64,000 bases of DNA from NCBI GenBank assembly GCA_021813945.1, contig JAKAJD010000001.1, positions 432,412 through 496,411 of the forward strand, given 5' to 3'. Numbering within the stretch: position 1 is the stretch's first letter; every line of letters begins with the position of its first letter. A model generated the notes under the pieces. The model made no database searches and was not told the DNA's origin. It saw only the letters and a program-made list of their open reading frames with translations. The DNA comes from a bacterium. GTDB lineage: Bacteria > Patescibacteriota > Microgenomatia > Curtissbacterales > GWA2-41-24. The position numbers were made by a program, and so were the translations under genes. This document shows, one piece after another, positions 10,444-20,156 of the stretch.

Positions 10444-11388
10444 TCAAATACTTCTCCAGACTAAAGACAACCTGTAAACCGAAAAGGCTTTCAGCTCTTT
10501 TATTATCTTTTGCAATTTACCAAACGAAGGCTGAAGCAAAAAACTTTTAATCAGGTATAAAAATGCCTGCTTTGGCTGCCCTAAACCGTAGGCGCATTGG
10601 CTTGCCCACAAGTTTAAACTCGCATATGCACGCCTTTTTAATTTTTTGATTCTAAGAGGTGTTTTTTTTGATTCAAACAATCTGTCCATTACCTCCTTCT
10701 TAGCCGCAACAAACCTTGCCGTCATTCTCGGCTTCTTACTGTCAAGCTGTGGACTTTCATAAACTCTATATTTGGTAACCACACCAAAGACATGCTTCAT
10801 TGGAAACTTTTGACTGATCCTAACCCACATCTCAAAATCGGGACATGTGTCCAGTGTCGCATCTGCCCAAAAACCGACTCTTTCCAGAGCCGACCTTCTT
10901 ATAAAGGCCGCCTGTGCAGGAGGCACAAGCTCAACACACAAAAGTTTTTCAAAATCATATTCGTGCGCCTTGTAAATGTCGGTTATTTCTCCCTTTTCGT
11001 CAATAATGTACGCATCACCGTAAACAACTCCTACCTTTGGGTATTTGTTAAGTTGTTCAACACCCCAAGAAACCGCTCCAGGCGCCAGCATATCATCGGC
11101 GTTTAGAACCAGAATAATTTCCCCTTTGGCCTTTTGGATTGCCCGGTTTAAGCCGTCAGATTGCCCATTGTCTGGCTCTACAAAAATCTTAATTCTTCCC
11201 CCATATTTAGGACTTTTATACTTTCTCAAAATGCTTTTAGTCTGATCTTTTGAATCTCCGTCCTGGATAATGTGTTCTACATTTGGATAATCTTGGGAAA
11301 GAATACTTATGATGCAATCTTCTATAAACCGTCCGCTGTTGTAAGACGTCGTCACAATCGAAACCATCTGGCTTTTGTTCTTAACCAT
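10444..11388 (-). CDS. Family 2 glycosyltransferase
   Basis: N-terminal VSIVTTSYN, a DGDSKD motif and an NADD (DxD-like) motif, which is the GT-A signature. Confidence 0.75.
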   Translation of the reverse strand: MVKNKSQMVSIVTTSYNSGRFIEDCIISILSQDYPNVEHIIQDGDSKDQTKSILRKYKSPKYGGRIKIFVEPDNGQSDGLNRAIQKAKGEIILVLNADDMLAPGAVSWGVEQLNKYPKVGVVYGDAYIIDEKGEITDIYKAHEYDFEKLLCVELVPPAQAAFIRRSALERVGFWADATLDTCPDFEMWVRISQKFPMKHVFGVVTKYRVYESPQLDSKKPRMTARFVAAKKEVMDRLFESKKTPLRIKKLKRRAYASLNLWASQCAYGLGQPKQAFLYLIKSFLLQPSFGKLQKIIKELKAFSVYRLSLVWRSI

Positions 11389-12124
11389 GCTTCAAGTAAT
11401 AATTTATAACAGGGTTGGGTTTGCCAATTTTGCACACTTTACCGCCGCGAAGATACAAAACCCTGTTAGAAAACTTTCTTATCATATCAAAATTATGACT
11501 AACCAATATCAAAGTTTTCTTATGATCCAGGGATTGCTCAATTTTTACAAGGCACTTCTTTTGAAAGTCCGCATCGCCGACTGCCAAAACCTCGTCAATT
11601 AAAAGAACGTCCCAATCCAAGTGAATTGCCACAGAAAAGGCAAGCCTGACATACATTCCGGAAGAATAGTATTTAACCGGCGTATCTAAAAACTTTCCGA
11701 TCCCAGAAAATGCGACTATCTGGTCAAACCTTTGCCTAACACTTGCCAAATCCATCCCCAGTATTGTCCCGTATAAATAAACATTCTCCCTACCTGTAAA
11801 ATCAGGGTGGAACCCCGTCCCGACTTCCAAAAGTGCTGCAACCTTGCCATCAATTCTAAATTTTCCCGACGTTGGGTAAGTCACCCCGGAAAGTATTTTA
11901 AGAAGCGTGGATTTCCCCGATCCGTTTGCCCCGATTATCCCTAACCTTTCCCCCTGTGAAACTGACAAATTAATGTCGCGAAGAGCCCAAAACCCCTTAA
12001 GCTTTTGCTTAAATAAAAATATCGGCAATGCGTCACCTAACTTTTTGGGTTGGCCGATTTTGTATCTTTTTGAAAGCTTGTCTATGGCAATCACATCTTC
12101 AGCTACTTTAAATGACATCGGCAA
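11381..12124 (-). CDS. ABC transporter ATP-binding protein of the polysaccharide/O-antigen/teichoic-acid exporter type (Wzt/TagH-like). It has no C-terminal carbohydrate-binding domain
   Basis: Walker A GANGSGKST. Length 247 aa. It sits next to the ABC-2 permease. Confidence 0.8.
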   Translation of the reverse strand: MPMSFKVAEDVIAIDKLSKRYKIGQPKKLGDALPIFLFKQKLKGFWALRDINLSVSQGERLGIIGANGSGKSTLLKILSGVTYPTSGKFRIDGKVAALLEVGTGFHPDFTGRENVYLYGTILGMDLASVRQRFDQIVAFSGIGKFLDTPVKYYSSGMYVRLAFSVAIHLDWDVLLIDEVLAVGDADFQKKCLVKIEQSLDHKKTLILVSHNFDMIRKFSNRVLYLRGGKVCKIGKPNPVINYYLKHG

Positions 12125-12920
12125 ATCCTTTCTCTAGTTTTTTAAACAGCACATAACTTACGACAATCAGGACAAATGTAACGGCAAGCGTAATTAGCAT
12201 TGAAGCTACTTCCGGTGGACCACTGGTTAAAACTGCTCTGCGCAGTCCTTCCAAAACTCCGGTCATTGGATTTAGTTTTGCAATCAGCTGGTACTTTGCT
12301 GGTACCAAATCCAGAGGGTACAAAACCGGCGTGAGAAAAAGCCATGCCATTAAAATAATCGGGATAATCGCCGTTACATCGCGAAAGTAAACATTAATGG
12401 ACGAAAAAAACATCCCTATTGCCAGAGCCAGCAGCATTTCAATAATCAGAATTGGAACGACCCAAAAAATATAGACTGAAATACCTATGTGAAAGAAAAC
12501 GATGATAATAATAAGCACAAGAAGCGACGCAACAAGATCAGGTATTCTGCTTAAAACTGACGATAAGATGAGGATCTCTTTGGGAAAAGCCACCTTTGTC
12601 ACCAAATTAGAATTACCGGTAACCGAAAGCGTAGCACTGGAAACAGACTGAGAGAAAAAGTTCCAAAAAATAAAGCCTGTAAAAACTAAAGGCAAATAAG
12701 GAATTTTACCTTGAGGCACTTTAAATACCATCCCAAAAACAAGCCAAAATACTAAAGCTTGAAATGTGGGCGTCAAAACTGCCCAGGCAAAACCGAAAAG
12801 CGCCTGTTTGTATCGGCTTTTAACATCGCGCCAAACCAAAAGTAAGAGCAAGTACCGAAAGCGCCAAAGACTAATTTTATTCTGAAGCTGCCAAAACACT
12901 GAGCAAGAGTATAACATCAA
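12108..12920 (-). CDS. ABC-2 type polysaccharide export permease (Wzm/TagG-like)
   Basis: About 6 TM helices, length 270 aa, overlapping the ATPase gene. Confidence 0.75.
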   Translation of the reverse strand: MMLYSCSVFWQLQNKISLWRFRYLLLLLVWRDVKSRYKQALFGFAWAVLTPTFQALVFWLVFGMVFKVPQGKIPYLPLVFTGFIFWNFFSQSVSSATLSVTGNSNLVTKVAFPKEILILSSVLSRIPDLVASLLVLIIIIVFFHIGISVYIFWVVPILIIEMLLALAIGMFFSSINVYFRDVTAIIPIILMAWLFLTPVLYPLDLVPAKYQLIAKLNPMTGVLEGLRRAVLTSGPPEVASMLITLAVTFVLIVVSYVLFKKLEKGFADVI

Positions 12921-12972
12921 ACTCGAAACTAGTGATTTGGCAACTCTATGTGGCTTTCTAATACCTAGAAAG

Positions 12973-13407
12973 CTATTGCGCTGCGGGCGAAGCAGATGGC
13001 CTAAACTGTGGTGGGTTTATCTGCACACTTTGGGCATTTATAGACCCGTCCGAATTTGCCGTTCCAAATACCATAACCGTGTCACCGTTTTGAATATCCG
13101 ATTTTGCTGCCGGCTGCTGTTTGCCAACTTGGGTACCAGAAGAAATTATTACAATTTTGCTGGAACCGTCGGGTAGCTTAACAGTTATTCCGTTGTCATT
13201 TGAAGATATGACCTGGCCTCTTGCCCCGGTTTCTCCGTTTCTGCCACCGAACCTCCCTTGGCCACCGTTTCTGCCTTGCAGGCCAGCTTGAGCCCCTCGG
13301 CCCATCATCGGAGTTTTACCTTTCTGGTACTCAATTCCTCCCCAAAAAGCAGCTGCTCCTACAGCTAAAACTAAAATTATCGTAAAAACTATTTGTTGTG
13401 CTTTCAT
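12973..13407 (-). CDS. Secreted Gly/Gln/Arg-rich protein of unknown function with a signal anchor
   Basis: An N-terminal hydrophobic helix, a GRGAQAGLQGRNGGQGRFGGRNG low-complexity stretch, and a strong SD (AAGGAGGTG) upstream. Confidence 0.5.
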   Translation of the reverse strand: MKAQQIVFTIILVLAVGAAAFWGGIEYQKGKTPMMGRGAQAGLQGRNGGQGRFGGRNGETGARGQVISSNDNGITVKLPDGSSKIVIISSGTQVGKQQPAAKSDIQNGDTVMVFGTANSDGSINAQSVQINPPQFRPSASPAAQ

Positions 13408-13456
13408 TTTTTCACCTCCTTTTTATAAATTCTAATTTCGAAATACTCTTCTGCGC

Positions 13457-13509
13457 AAAAAGGTCAGGCCTTTTACAAAAGGTAAACCAAAGTCAAGACC
13501 TGACCTTAA
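13457..13509. repeat. Two copies of a dispersed short palindrome (AAAAAGGTCAGGCCTTTT and AAGACCTGACCTTAA). They lie just upstream of a candidate -35 box for the 12973-13407 gene
   Basis: Read directly from sequence. It belongs to the same motif family as the elements at 32475, 40812, 43968, 53922 and 61823. Confidence 0.6.
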
Positions 13510-13537
13510 CATGCGATTAACCCGGAACCGAAAATCA

Positions 13538-14764
13538 CTATTCATATCTCAACGCCTCTATTGGCTGCAAATTTGCGGCTTTTCTTGCCGGGTAAAGTCC
13601 AAAAATTATGCCGATACCTCCGGAAACCCCGATTGCCAAAGCAATAGAAGTTGGCGAAATCACAAATGGCGCACCGGTCAAGCGCGAAATGAGAAACGAT
13701 GCCACGACCCCAAAAATCATTCCGATTATTCCGCCTGCAAAGGTTAAAATTACGGCTTCTGTTAAAAACTGGGTTATTATCACTTTCTTTTTGGCTCCAA
13801 GCGCTTTTCGAAGGCCAATCTCGCGAGTCCGCTCAGTAACCGTCACAAGCATAATATTCATGATTCCAATTCCACCAACCAAAAGCGAAATTGCCGCAAT
13901 GCCCGCAAGAAGAGTTGTAAATGTGGCAGTAGTCGCCGAAACGGTATTTAAAATATCCTGTTGGGAAAAAATGGAAAAATCAGCTTGCGACGGATCCCTC
14001 AATTTATGTCTCGAAAGCAAAAGGTAACCAACCTGGTTTTCGGCTTCTACCATCACATCTTGGCTTTTGGCTTCAAGCGAAATGGCAGTCAGGTAGTTGA
14101 TTCCAAAAATTTGCCTTTGGGCTGTTGTCAATGGAATCCAGACAATATCATCCTGGTTGCCAAAACCGGTCCCACCTTTGGAAACCGTCTCGCCGACAAT
14201 TTTGAATATCTGTCCGTTTATTCGAATCTGTTGGCCAACACCGCTACTGCCCGCGCCGAATAAATCGCTGGCAACAGTTGGGCCAATAACGGCTACCTTT
14301 GAGGCTCCGTCGACATCCCGAGCCGAAATAAACTGGCCAGTATCAACTTGGACTTTATGGACTTGTGCATAAGCAGGCGTTACTCCGATAACCTGGACAT
14401 TACTGTTTGCACTGCCGGTTGAAACTTGCGCCCGCCTGGAAACTTCCGGAGAAACCGCACTTATGTTTGTCACCGCTCCCAAAGAATTGGAAATTGCATT
14501 AGCATCATCCAAAGTTAGGGTTGTGGACGATCCGGCTGCTTGGCGCACACCACCGGTATTGGGTGCGCCCGGACTAACAGTTAGCAAATTTGCGCCCAAT
14601 GACTGGATTCTACTTTGGACGGATTGGGAAGTTGCCTGCCCTAACGATATCAGGGCAATTACACTCCCAATCCCAATAACAATTCCTAAAATCGCCAAAC
14701 CGGTCCTGAGTTTATTGATAAAAAGGGTTCCAAAAGATTCGTTAACAACCTCCGAAAACTGCAT
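13538..14764 (-). CDS. ABC transporter permease, FtsX/MacB-type (4 TM helices with a large extracytoplasmic domain)
   Basis: The N-terminal TM helix is followed by a roughly 220-aa loop. The C-terminal FtsX-like TM bundle has a conserved RE(I/V)G(I/L)(R/K)KALGA motif. Confidence 0.8.
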   Translation of the reverse strand: MQFSEVVNESFGTLFINKLRTGLAILGIVIGIGSVIALISLGQATSQSVQSRIQSLGANLLTVSPGAPNTGGVRQAAGSSTTLTLDDANAISNSLGAVTNISAVSPEVSRRAQVSTGSANSNVQVIGVTPAYAQVHKVQVDTGQFISARDVDGASKVAVIGPTVASDLFGAGSSGVGQQIRINGQIFKIVGETVSKGGTGFGNQDDIVWIPLTTAQRQIFGINYLTAISLEAKSQDVMVEAENQVGYLLLSRHKLRDPSQADFSIFSQQDILNTVSATTATFTTLLAGIAAISLLVGGIGIMNIMLVTVTERTREIGLRKALGAKKKVIITQFLTEAVILTFAGGIIGMIFGVVASFLISRLTGAPFVISPTSIALAIGVSGGIGIIFGLYPARKAANLQPIEALRYE

Positions 14765-15471
14765 TAATTCACCCTTCTTGCCTTCCTGCGCACTCCGTTT
14801 TTATGATCAGATATTATTTTTCCGTCTTTTATCTGGATAATTCGTTTGGCATGTTCGGCAATATCCGGCTCATGCGTAATCATAATTATTGTGTGGCCCT
14901 GGGAATTTAATTTTTTAAAAATTGCCATGATCTCTTCAGCTTGGTTGGAAGCGATATTACCGGTTGGCTCGTCCGCCAAAATTATGCTCGGATCCAAAAC
15001 CAGCGCCCTGGCTATTGCCACGCGTTGCTGCTGACCACCCGAAAGCTGGTTGGAGGTGTGATCCAGCCGATCTCCCAACCCAACCATTTCTAGATATTTT
15101 CTAGCCCGCTGCCGCCTTTCCTCTTTGGGAATCTCGGCGTAAATCATAGGAATCATCACATTCTGAAGAGCTGTCCTTCGAGGCAATAAGTTAAAAGCCT
15201 GGAAAACAAAACCGATTTTGCGGTTTCTGATATCTGCCAAATCGTCATCCGACATATCTTCGACATCCTCACCGTCCAGCTCATATTTACCGCTCGTCGG
15301 CTTATCTAAAGCCCCCAGCATATGCATCAGGGTAGATTTGCCTGATCCGGAAGGACCCATAATGGCCACAAATTCGCCTTTTTGAACATTGAAGGAAACA
15401 TCATCAAGGGCAACCGTCTCAACGTCACCCGTTTGGTAAATTTTCGATAAGTTGGAAATCGTAATCATCAT
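14764..15471 (-). CDS. ABC transporter ATP-binding protein (MacB/LolD-type)
   Basis: Walker A GPSGSGKST. Signature LSGGQQQRVAIARAL. Walker B ILADEPTG. Confidence 0.85.
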   Translation of the reverse strand: MMITISNLSKIYQTGDVETVALDDVSFNVQKGEFVAIMGPSGSGKSTLMHMLGALDKPTSGKYELDGEDVEDMSDDDLADIRNRKIGFVFQAFNLLPRRTALQNVMIPMIYAEIPKEERRQRARKYLEMVGLGDRLDHTSNQLSGGQQQRVAIARALVLDPSIILADEPTGNIASNQAEEIMAIFKKLNSQGHTIIMITHEPDIAEHAKRIIQIKDGKIISDHKNGVRRKARRVN

Positions 15472-15477
15472 AACCTG

Positions 15478-16824
15478 TCATCTTCCTCCACCGCCGCCAA
15501 CAGCTCTAAAGAAACCGCCGCCTCCGCCACCGCTAAATGGCGAGGTGGAAGCCCCAGTTGTTCCACTTTTTGTGGGAGTGCTTGAAGAAGTAACAACCGT
15601 ATCGCCTTCGTTTATTCCGGATACTATCTCGGTTTGCGTATCGTTGGCCCCGCCGACAACAACAGGCACAGATTGAACATTTCCGTTTTTAAGAATCCTG
15701 ACTGTTGCCTGCCCACCTGCATTTTGCACCGCCGCAGAAGGAACCAAAAGCACATCACTTTTTACATCGGTAATAATGCTGGCAGATGCCGCCATATTTG
15801 GTAAAACTCCGGGCGCGTCGCTGTCAAATGCCACAAGAACTGTATAATTTGTGACTCCACTTGAAACTGTCCCAATGTTATCAACAGCAGCCACCTTGCC
15901 GGTGAAAGTTTTGCCCGGAAAAGCGTTAAGAGAAACAGTCACGTCTTGGCCAAGCTTAATTGAGCCAATATCGGTTTCCGAAGCATTAAAAGTGGCAACC
16001 GGCAAACCATTGTTTTGAATAACTGCAACCCTTTGGGAATTTTGGTTAGATCCGACAGACCCACCAGTTCCAACAGAAACAGATGACCCCTGACTTCCTA
16101 AAACCATTCCGGGAATAATCTGCACATTAGAAACCGTGCCAGCAATCGTGGAAGTGACGGCAGGTGACGCCAGCTGGAAGACAGACGATGCATTGCTAAG
16201 GCTGGCTTGGGAAGCCGCAATTGCCCCTTGCTGGTTTTTATAATTAGCTTCCGCTGCCAGCCAATCGTCCTGAACCGTTGTAAAAGCCGGCAGAGCCCTA
16301 TTGCCAACATTTGGGCTCCCATCTGCGTTTTGGTACGTAGAGTTAGTCGCAAGGTCTGTATACGTTTTCCATTTGGAATACATAGTAGATTGCAGACTAA
16401 AAAGTGTAGCATTGGCAGCATCCAAGTTGTGTTTAGCCAAAAGAAGTGACGCCTGTGCTTGGGTAAATTGTTGCTGGCCAACCGGATCTAGTGTTATCTG
16501 GGCAATTTGCTGCCCCGCAGAAACAGTATCACCATTTTTGACATAAACGTTAGAAACCACACCGCTTGCCGATGTAGATATATTAATTATGTTTGTGGAA
16601 AGTATTTGCCCGGATTCAGAAACACTTTGAACCAAAGTACCTTTCTGGGCCTGGGTTGATTGGTACGTAGGTTTTTGGGTTGAGGCTTTGTATCTTTGAA
16701 ACCCAAAATATCCCAAAACAACGATAATAATCAGCAAAATTGCCAACCTCTTGCGGCTTGAGAAAACTGAAAAAAAACGGCTTTTCCCCGCAGGCGAACT
16801 GTTTTTTCTCTTTACGTTTGCCAT
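15478..16824 (-). CDS. HlyD/MacA-family periplasmic adaptor subunit with a C-terminal poly-Gly tail
   Basis: The N-terminal TM anchor is followed by long coiled-coil/lipoyl-like regions. The protein ends in GGGGGGFFRAVGGGGGR. Confidence 0.65.
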   Translation of the reverse strand: MANVKRKNSSPAGKSRFFSVFSSRKRLAILLIIIVVLGYFGFQRYKASTQKPTYQSTQAQKGTLVQSVSESGQILSTNIINISTSASGVVSNVYVKNGDTVSAGQQIAQITLDPVGQQQFTQAQASLLLAKHNLDAANATLFSLQSTMYSKWKTYTDLATNSTYQNADGSPNVGNRALPAFTTVQDDWLAAEANYKNQQGAIAASQASLSNASSVFQLASPAVTSTIAGTVSNVQIIPGMVLGSQGSSVSVGTGGSVGSNQNSQRVAVIQNNGLPVATFNASETDIGSIKLGQDVTVSLNAFPGKTFTGKVAAVDNIGTVSSGVTNYTVLVAFDSDAPGVLPNMAASASIITDVKSDVLLVPSAAVQNAGGQATVRILKNGNVQSVPVVVGGANDTQTEIVSGINEGDTVVTSSSTPTKSGTTGASTSPFSGGGGGGFFRAVGGGGGR

Positions 16825-16861
16825 TTGCCAGTATTTTAAAAAAAAGTTGCTGAGAATAAGC

Positions 16862-17866
16862 TTAAGAATTTGGTAATAAGACGGTAAAAGTACTGCCTTT
16901 ACCTTCCTGGCTTTGTACGCTAATAGATCCGCCGTAAAGTTCCGCTATTTTTTTGGCAATGGAAAGCCCTAATCCATAACCATTGGCATTTACCTTAGAC
17001 CTGGCTTTATCGCCTCTATAAAATCTTTCAAAAACATGCTCTAAATTCTTTTTGGAAATTCCCATTCCGTTATCTGTTATTTTGACTGCAACATCATTGT
17101 TAATTTTTTCTACTTTTACTTTAACTGTTAATCCTTTCGGGCTGTACTTTATAGCATTATCAAAAAGAATAACCATAAGCTCAACAAGGCTTTCCCTTTC
17201 CGCCCTAACTTTGTATTTCGAATCTGAAATATCTAAAGTTATACTCCTTGATTTAGAAAGTGTTCTTACTCTGCGCTTTGCCTCCTCAAGTATTTGTGAA
17301 ACAGCAATAACCTCTAAAGGCAAATCCCCATTTAGCTTCTCAAACTGGGAAAGCCTTAAGAGCTTGTCTGTCAAAACTCTAAGATTCTCAATCTCTTCCA
17401 AGTTATCCCTCAGAAGACTTTTTGCTTCTGCCGAACTAAGGTTCTTTTCCCGAAGTCCAACTTCTGTCGACGTCTTAAGGGCAGTTAAAGGGGTTCTCAA
17501 CTCATGGGACGCACCCGAAATAAACTTATTCTGTTCGTCTATCATTTCCTCAATCGGATTTAAGGTTCTCCCTGCTAAAAAATATCCGGCCGCGCCGGAA
17601 AAGCCTAAAATCATGAGGTTAAAAATTATGAGGGCTATTCTTATTCTGGACCTGCTTTCTTCCAAAACTTCCGGATCGATCCTAAAAATACGGCCCGATG
17701 GCGCAAGACCCTGACTTTTTTCTTGCTGCCTTATTCGCTGAACCCTTTCGATCCTTGAAAGCTCATTTGTAGATCCAGCATAAATCATCACACTAAAAAT
17801 CGAACTAATCAACATGATAATTAGTAAATAGAAAAATGTAAGCTTTAACCGTGCCCGCTCAAACAT
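16862..17866 (-). CDS. Sensor histidine kinase (HisKA plus HATPase_c)
   Basis: H-box SHELRTPL. G-boxes DNGMGI and GLGLSIAKKIAELYGG. An N-terminal TM helix. Confidence 0.8.
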   Translation of the reverse strand: MFERARLKLTFFYLLIIMLISSIFSVMIYAGSTNELSRIERVQRIRQQEKSQGLAPSGRIFRIDPEVLEESRSRIRIALIIFNLMILGFSGAAGYFLAGRTLNPIEEMIDEQNKFISGASHELRTPLTALKTSTEVGLREKNLSSAEAKSLLRDNLEEIENLRVLTDKLLRLSQFEKLNGDLPLEVIAVSQILEEAKRRVRTLSKSRSITLDISDSKYKVRAERESLVELMVILFDNAIKYSPKGLTVKVKVEKINNDVAVKITDNGMGISKKNLEHVFERFYRGDKARSKVNANGYGLGLSIAKKIAELYGGSISVQSQEGKGSTFTVLLPNS

Positions 17867-18547
17867 TTAATTACTTTCTCCAATTTTGTAACCAAAACCG
17901 CGCTGTGTGTGGATAAGTTGCGGTAAATTTTTAAAAGCCCTGTCTACTTTATTTCTTAAATAACCCATGTATACCTCAACTGTATTAGGCAAGACATCAG
18001 AATCGTAATCCCAAACATGACCTATTATCTGGTCCTTTGTGAGTGTTTGACCAGTGTGCCGCATTAAATACTCCAAAAGCGCAAATTCACGGCTGGTAAG
18101 ATTGATTTTATTTTTACCCCGAAACACCTCGTAAGTTGTTGTATTTAAGGTTAAATTTGATACTTTAAGAGTGGTCTCCAAAGAATTTTTAGGTCTTCTT
18201 GAAAGCGCACGTACTCGGGCTAAAAGCTCTTCGAATGCAAACGGCTTAACCAGGTAATCGTCTGCCCCGGAATTTAAGCCCTCAACTTTATCGGAAATTT
18301 GCCCCCTGGCAGTTAAAATCAAAATTGGGGTGTGAATACCCTCCCCCCTGAGTTTCTTGCAAATTTCTACTCCGTCCATCTCGGGAAGCATCCGATCTAA
18401 GATAATCGCATCGTAATCTTCGCTGGAAGCCAAATCATATCCGTTGCTTCCTGTGTAAGCCACATCCACAGCTAAAGATTCTTGCTCCAAACCGCGCTTT
18501 ATAGAACCTGCAATTTTATGGTCATCCTCAACGACAAGCACTCTCAT
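17867..18547 (-). CDS. OmpR-family response regulator (receiver plus winged-helix domain)
   Basis: VLVVEDD at the N-terminus. Phospho-acceptor region ILDRMLP. KPF motif. C-terminal trans_reg_C domain. Confidence 0.85.
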   Translation of the reverse strand: MRVLVVEDDHKIAGSIKRGLEQESLAVDVAYTGSNGYDLASSEDYDAIILDRMLPEMDGVEICKKLRGEGIHTPILILTARGQISDKVEGLNSGADDYLVKPFAFEELLARVRALSRRPKNSLETTLKVSNLTLNTTTYEVFRGKNKINLTSREFALLEYLMRHTGQTLTKDQIIGHVWDYDSDVLPNTVEVYMGYLRNKVDRAFKNLPQLIHTQRGFGYKIGESN

Positions 18548-18593
18548 GCGAAGCCATATTATACAACCTCGCTGAGAAAAACCTTAAAAATGG

Positions 18594-20156
18594 CTAGACA
18601 AAACCTGGAAAGAAATCGGTTTTGATATTCCTATTTAGAACGCCCATCGAAAGGAGTGTTTTTTCAAATGCGCTAACCATCGTGTGCGAGCCGGAAATAT
18701 AAAAAATGCGCTGCCTCCAGTCCGACACCTCTTCCATAATCATTTTTGAATCAACATAACCTCGCTTACCTTGCCAATTGCCTGGCGTGTCGGAACCTGT
18801 CAGGGTATAAATAGTCCTTATGCCAAGTTTATTTTCTGCTTCATCTAAAACATCTTTGTAGACAATTTCGCCGGCCTCTCTATTGCTGAAAAAAACAGTC
18901 ACATCCCGCTTTTCACCTGTATCCAACATATATTTGATCATGCTCCTAAAGGGGGTAATCCCAATTCCACCGGCCATAAAAACAAGCTTTGCAGTCTTGT
19001 CCTTAGGCAAAGTAAAATCACCGGCAAGCTGGGAAGCAATTATCACCGCGCCGCTTGAAAGCCCCGAAAGCGACTTTTTGAAACTGCTTGGAGGAGTGTA
19101 AAACTTGACTCCCAAAAGTATTTCATCCTCCGTTGGCGACGAAGCAATCGTAAAATAACGCCGCATTCCCCGGCTGTCTATATCATCGTGCCCCAAAGTC
19201 CATTCCAAGTACTGGCCTGGCAAAAAGGAAAATTTTTTATTTTTTTGGAAAACAAAATCCCAAACATCTTCTGATCGTTTCATTTTCTCTTTAAGTTTTA
19301 AATTCAACCTTCCCTTTGAACTGGTTAAGTAGGAAAAAACATTACCTAAAACCAAAGCAATCTCGGGTGTCGTATAAAAATCACCCAAATGAACCTGGGG
19401 AGCAAACAAAAAACCGACAAGTGCTCCATAAAAGGACTGTAAATTCTTTGTAGGGGGTGTTGTCATTGGCTCTGTTAACATCACGAACGCAAAAAACAAA
19501 ATTGGAGTGTAAAAAAGCGCATTTTTAAGCTGAGAAACAAGGTCTCCCCCTTTGACAATCACCGACAAACCTATCGTGGAAACCGAAACTAAAAGAAAGT
19601 AAAAAACCAAATCAAACCTTCTGATTTTTCGAACAATCAAAACTCCTAAAAGCACAAATGGCACAATTGGCAGTGTTCCCACCCACCAGCTTGCCGATTG
19701 TCCTAATACGAAAGAAGTAATAACTACAGATAAAGCAGCAGGGTTAAATATGTGTTTTGCCCGAAAAGCAATTATATATTTTGACGAAATCGCTAGAACT
19801 GCCGCCCAAAACAAAAGCCCAAAACCGTTGTAATTTGTTGCTGGCGAAATTATAAGGGCCAAAATCAAAGCGCTAATGTGAACCGACTCAACATTGGCTG
19901 GAACCCTAAAAACGTTCGCAAAAACGATATTGGTAACGTAACAAACGCCTAAAAGAAACAGTGTGGAAATTGTAAGGTAAACAGGGTTTATAGAAACAAT
20001 GCCCAAAAACCCCATCCCGACTGCCGCCAAAATTAAAAAAATCAAGTAGTACAAAACGAGTTTGTACATCGTGATCCGGTTTAAAAAACCGTCCACAAAA
20101 TCAAGCACCGGAAATAACATACCTAGAAAAGCCGGAGGTAAAAGTTGCCAACCCAT
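18594..20156 (-). CDS. Polytopic membrane protein (about 10 TM helices) fused to a C-terminal ferredoxin-NADP-reductase-like FAD/NAD(P)-binding module
   Basis: C-terminal FAD motif RRYFTIAS and NAD(P) motif GGIGITP. The listed start overlaps the apbE 3' end. The true start is probably an internal Met, around 20120 or 20069. Confidence 0.6.
   Translation of the reverse strand: MGWQLLPPAFLGMLFPVLDFVDGFLNRITMYKLVLYYLIFLILAAVGMGFLGIVSINPVYLTISTLFLLGVCYVTNIVFANVFRVPANVESVHISALILALIISPATNYNGFGLLFWAAVLAISSKYIIAFRAKHIFNPAALSVVITSFVLGQSASWWVGTLPIVPFVLLGVLIVRKIRRFDLVFYFLLVSVSTIGLSVIVKGGDLVSQLKNALFYTPILFFAFVMLTEPMTTPPTKNLQSFYGALVGFLFAPQVHLGDFYTTPEIALVLGNVFSYLTSSKGRLNLKLKEKMKRSEDVWDFVFQKNKKFSFLPGQYLEWTLGHDDIDSRGMRRYFTIASSPTEDEILLGVKFYTPPSSFKKSLSGLSSGAVIIASQLAGDFTLPKDKTAKLVFMAGGIGITPFRSMIKYMLDTGEKRDVTVFFSNREAGEIVYKDVLDEAENKLGIRTIYTLTGSDTPGNWQGKRGYVDSKMIMEEVSDWRQRIFYISGSHTMVSAFEKTLLSMGVLNRNIKTDFFPGFV

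Noticed and set aside
13608-17714. Antisense ORFs inside the MacB permease, the HlyD adaptor and the histidine kinase, including a 220-aa one at 17052-17714
   Set aside because: All lie opposite motif-bearing genes. The 220-aa translation is Ser/Leu-rich low complexity with no start context. It is a shadow ORF.
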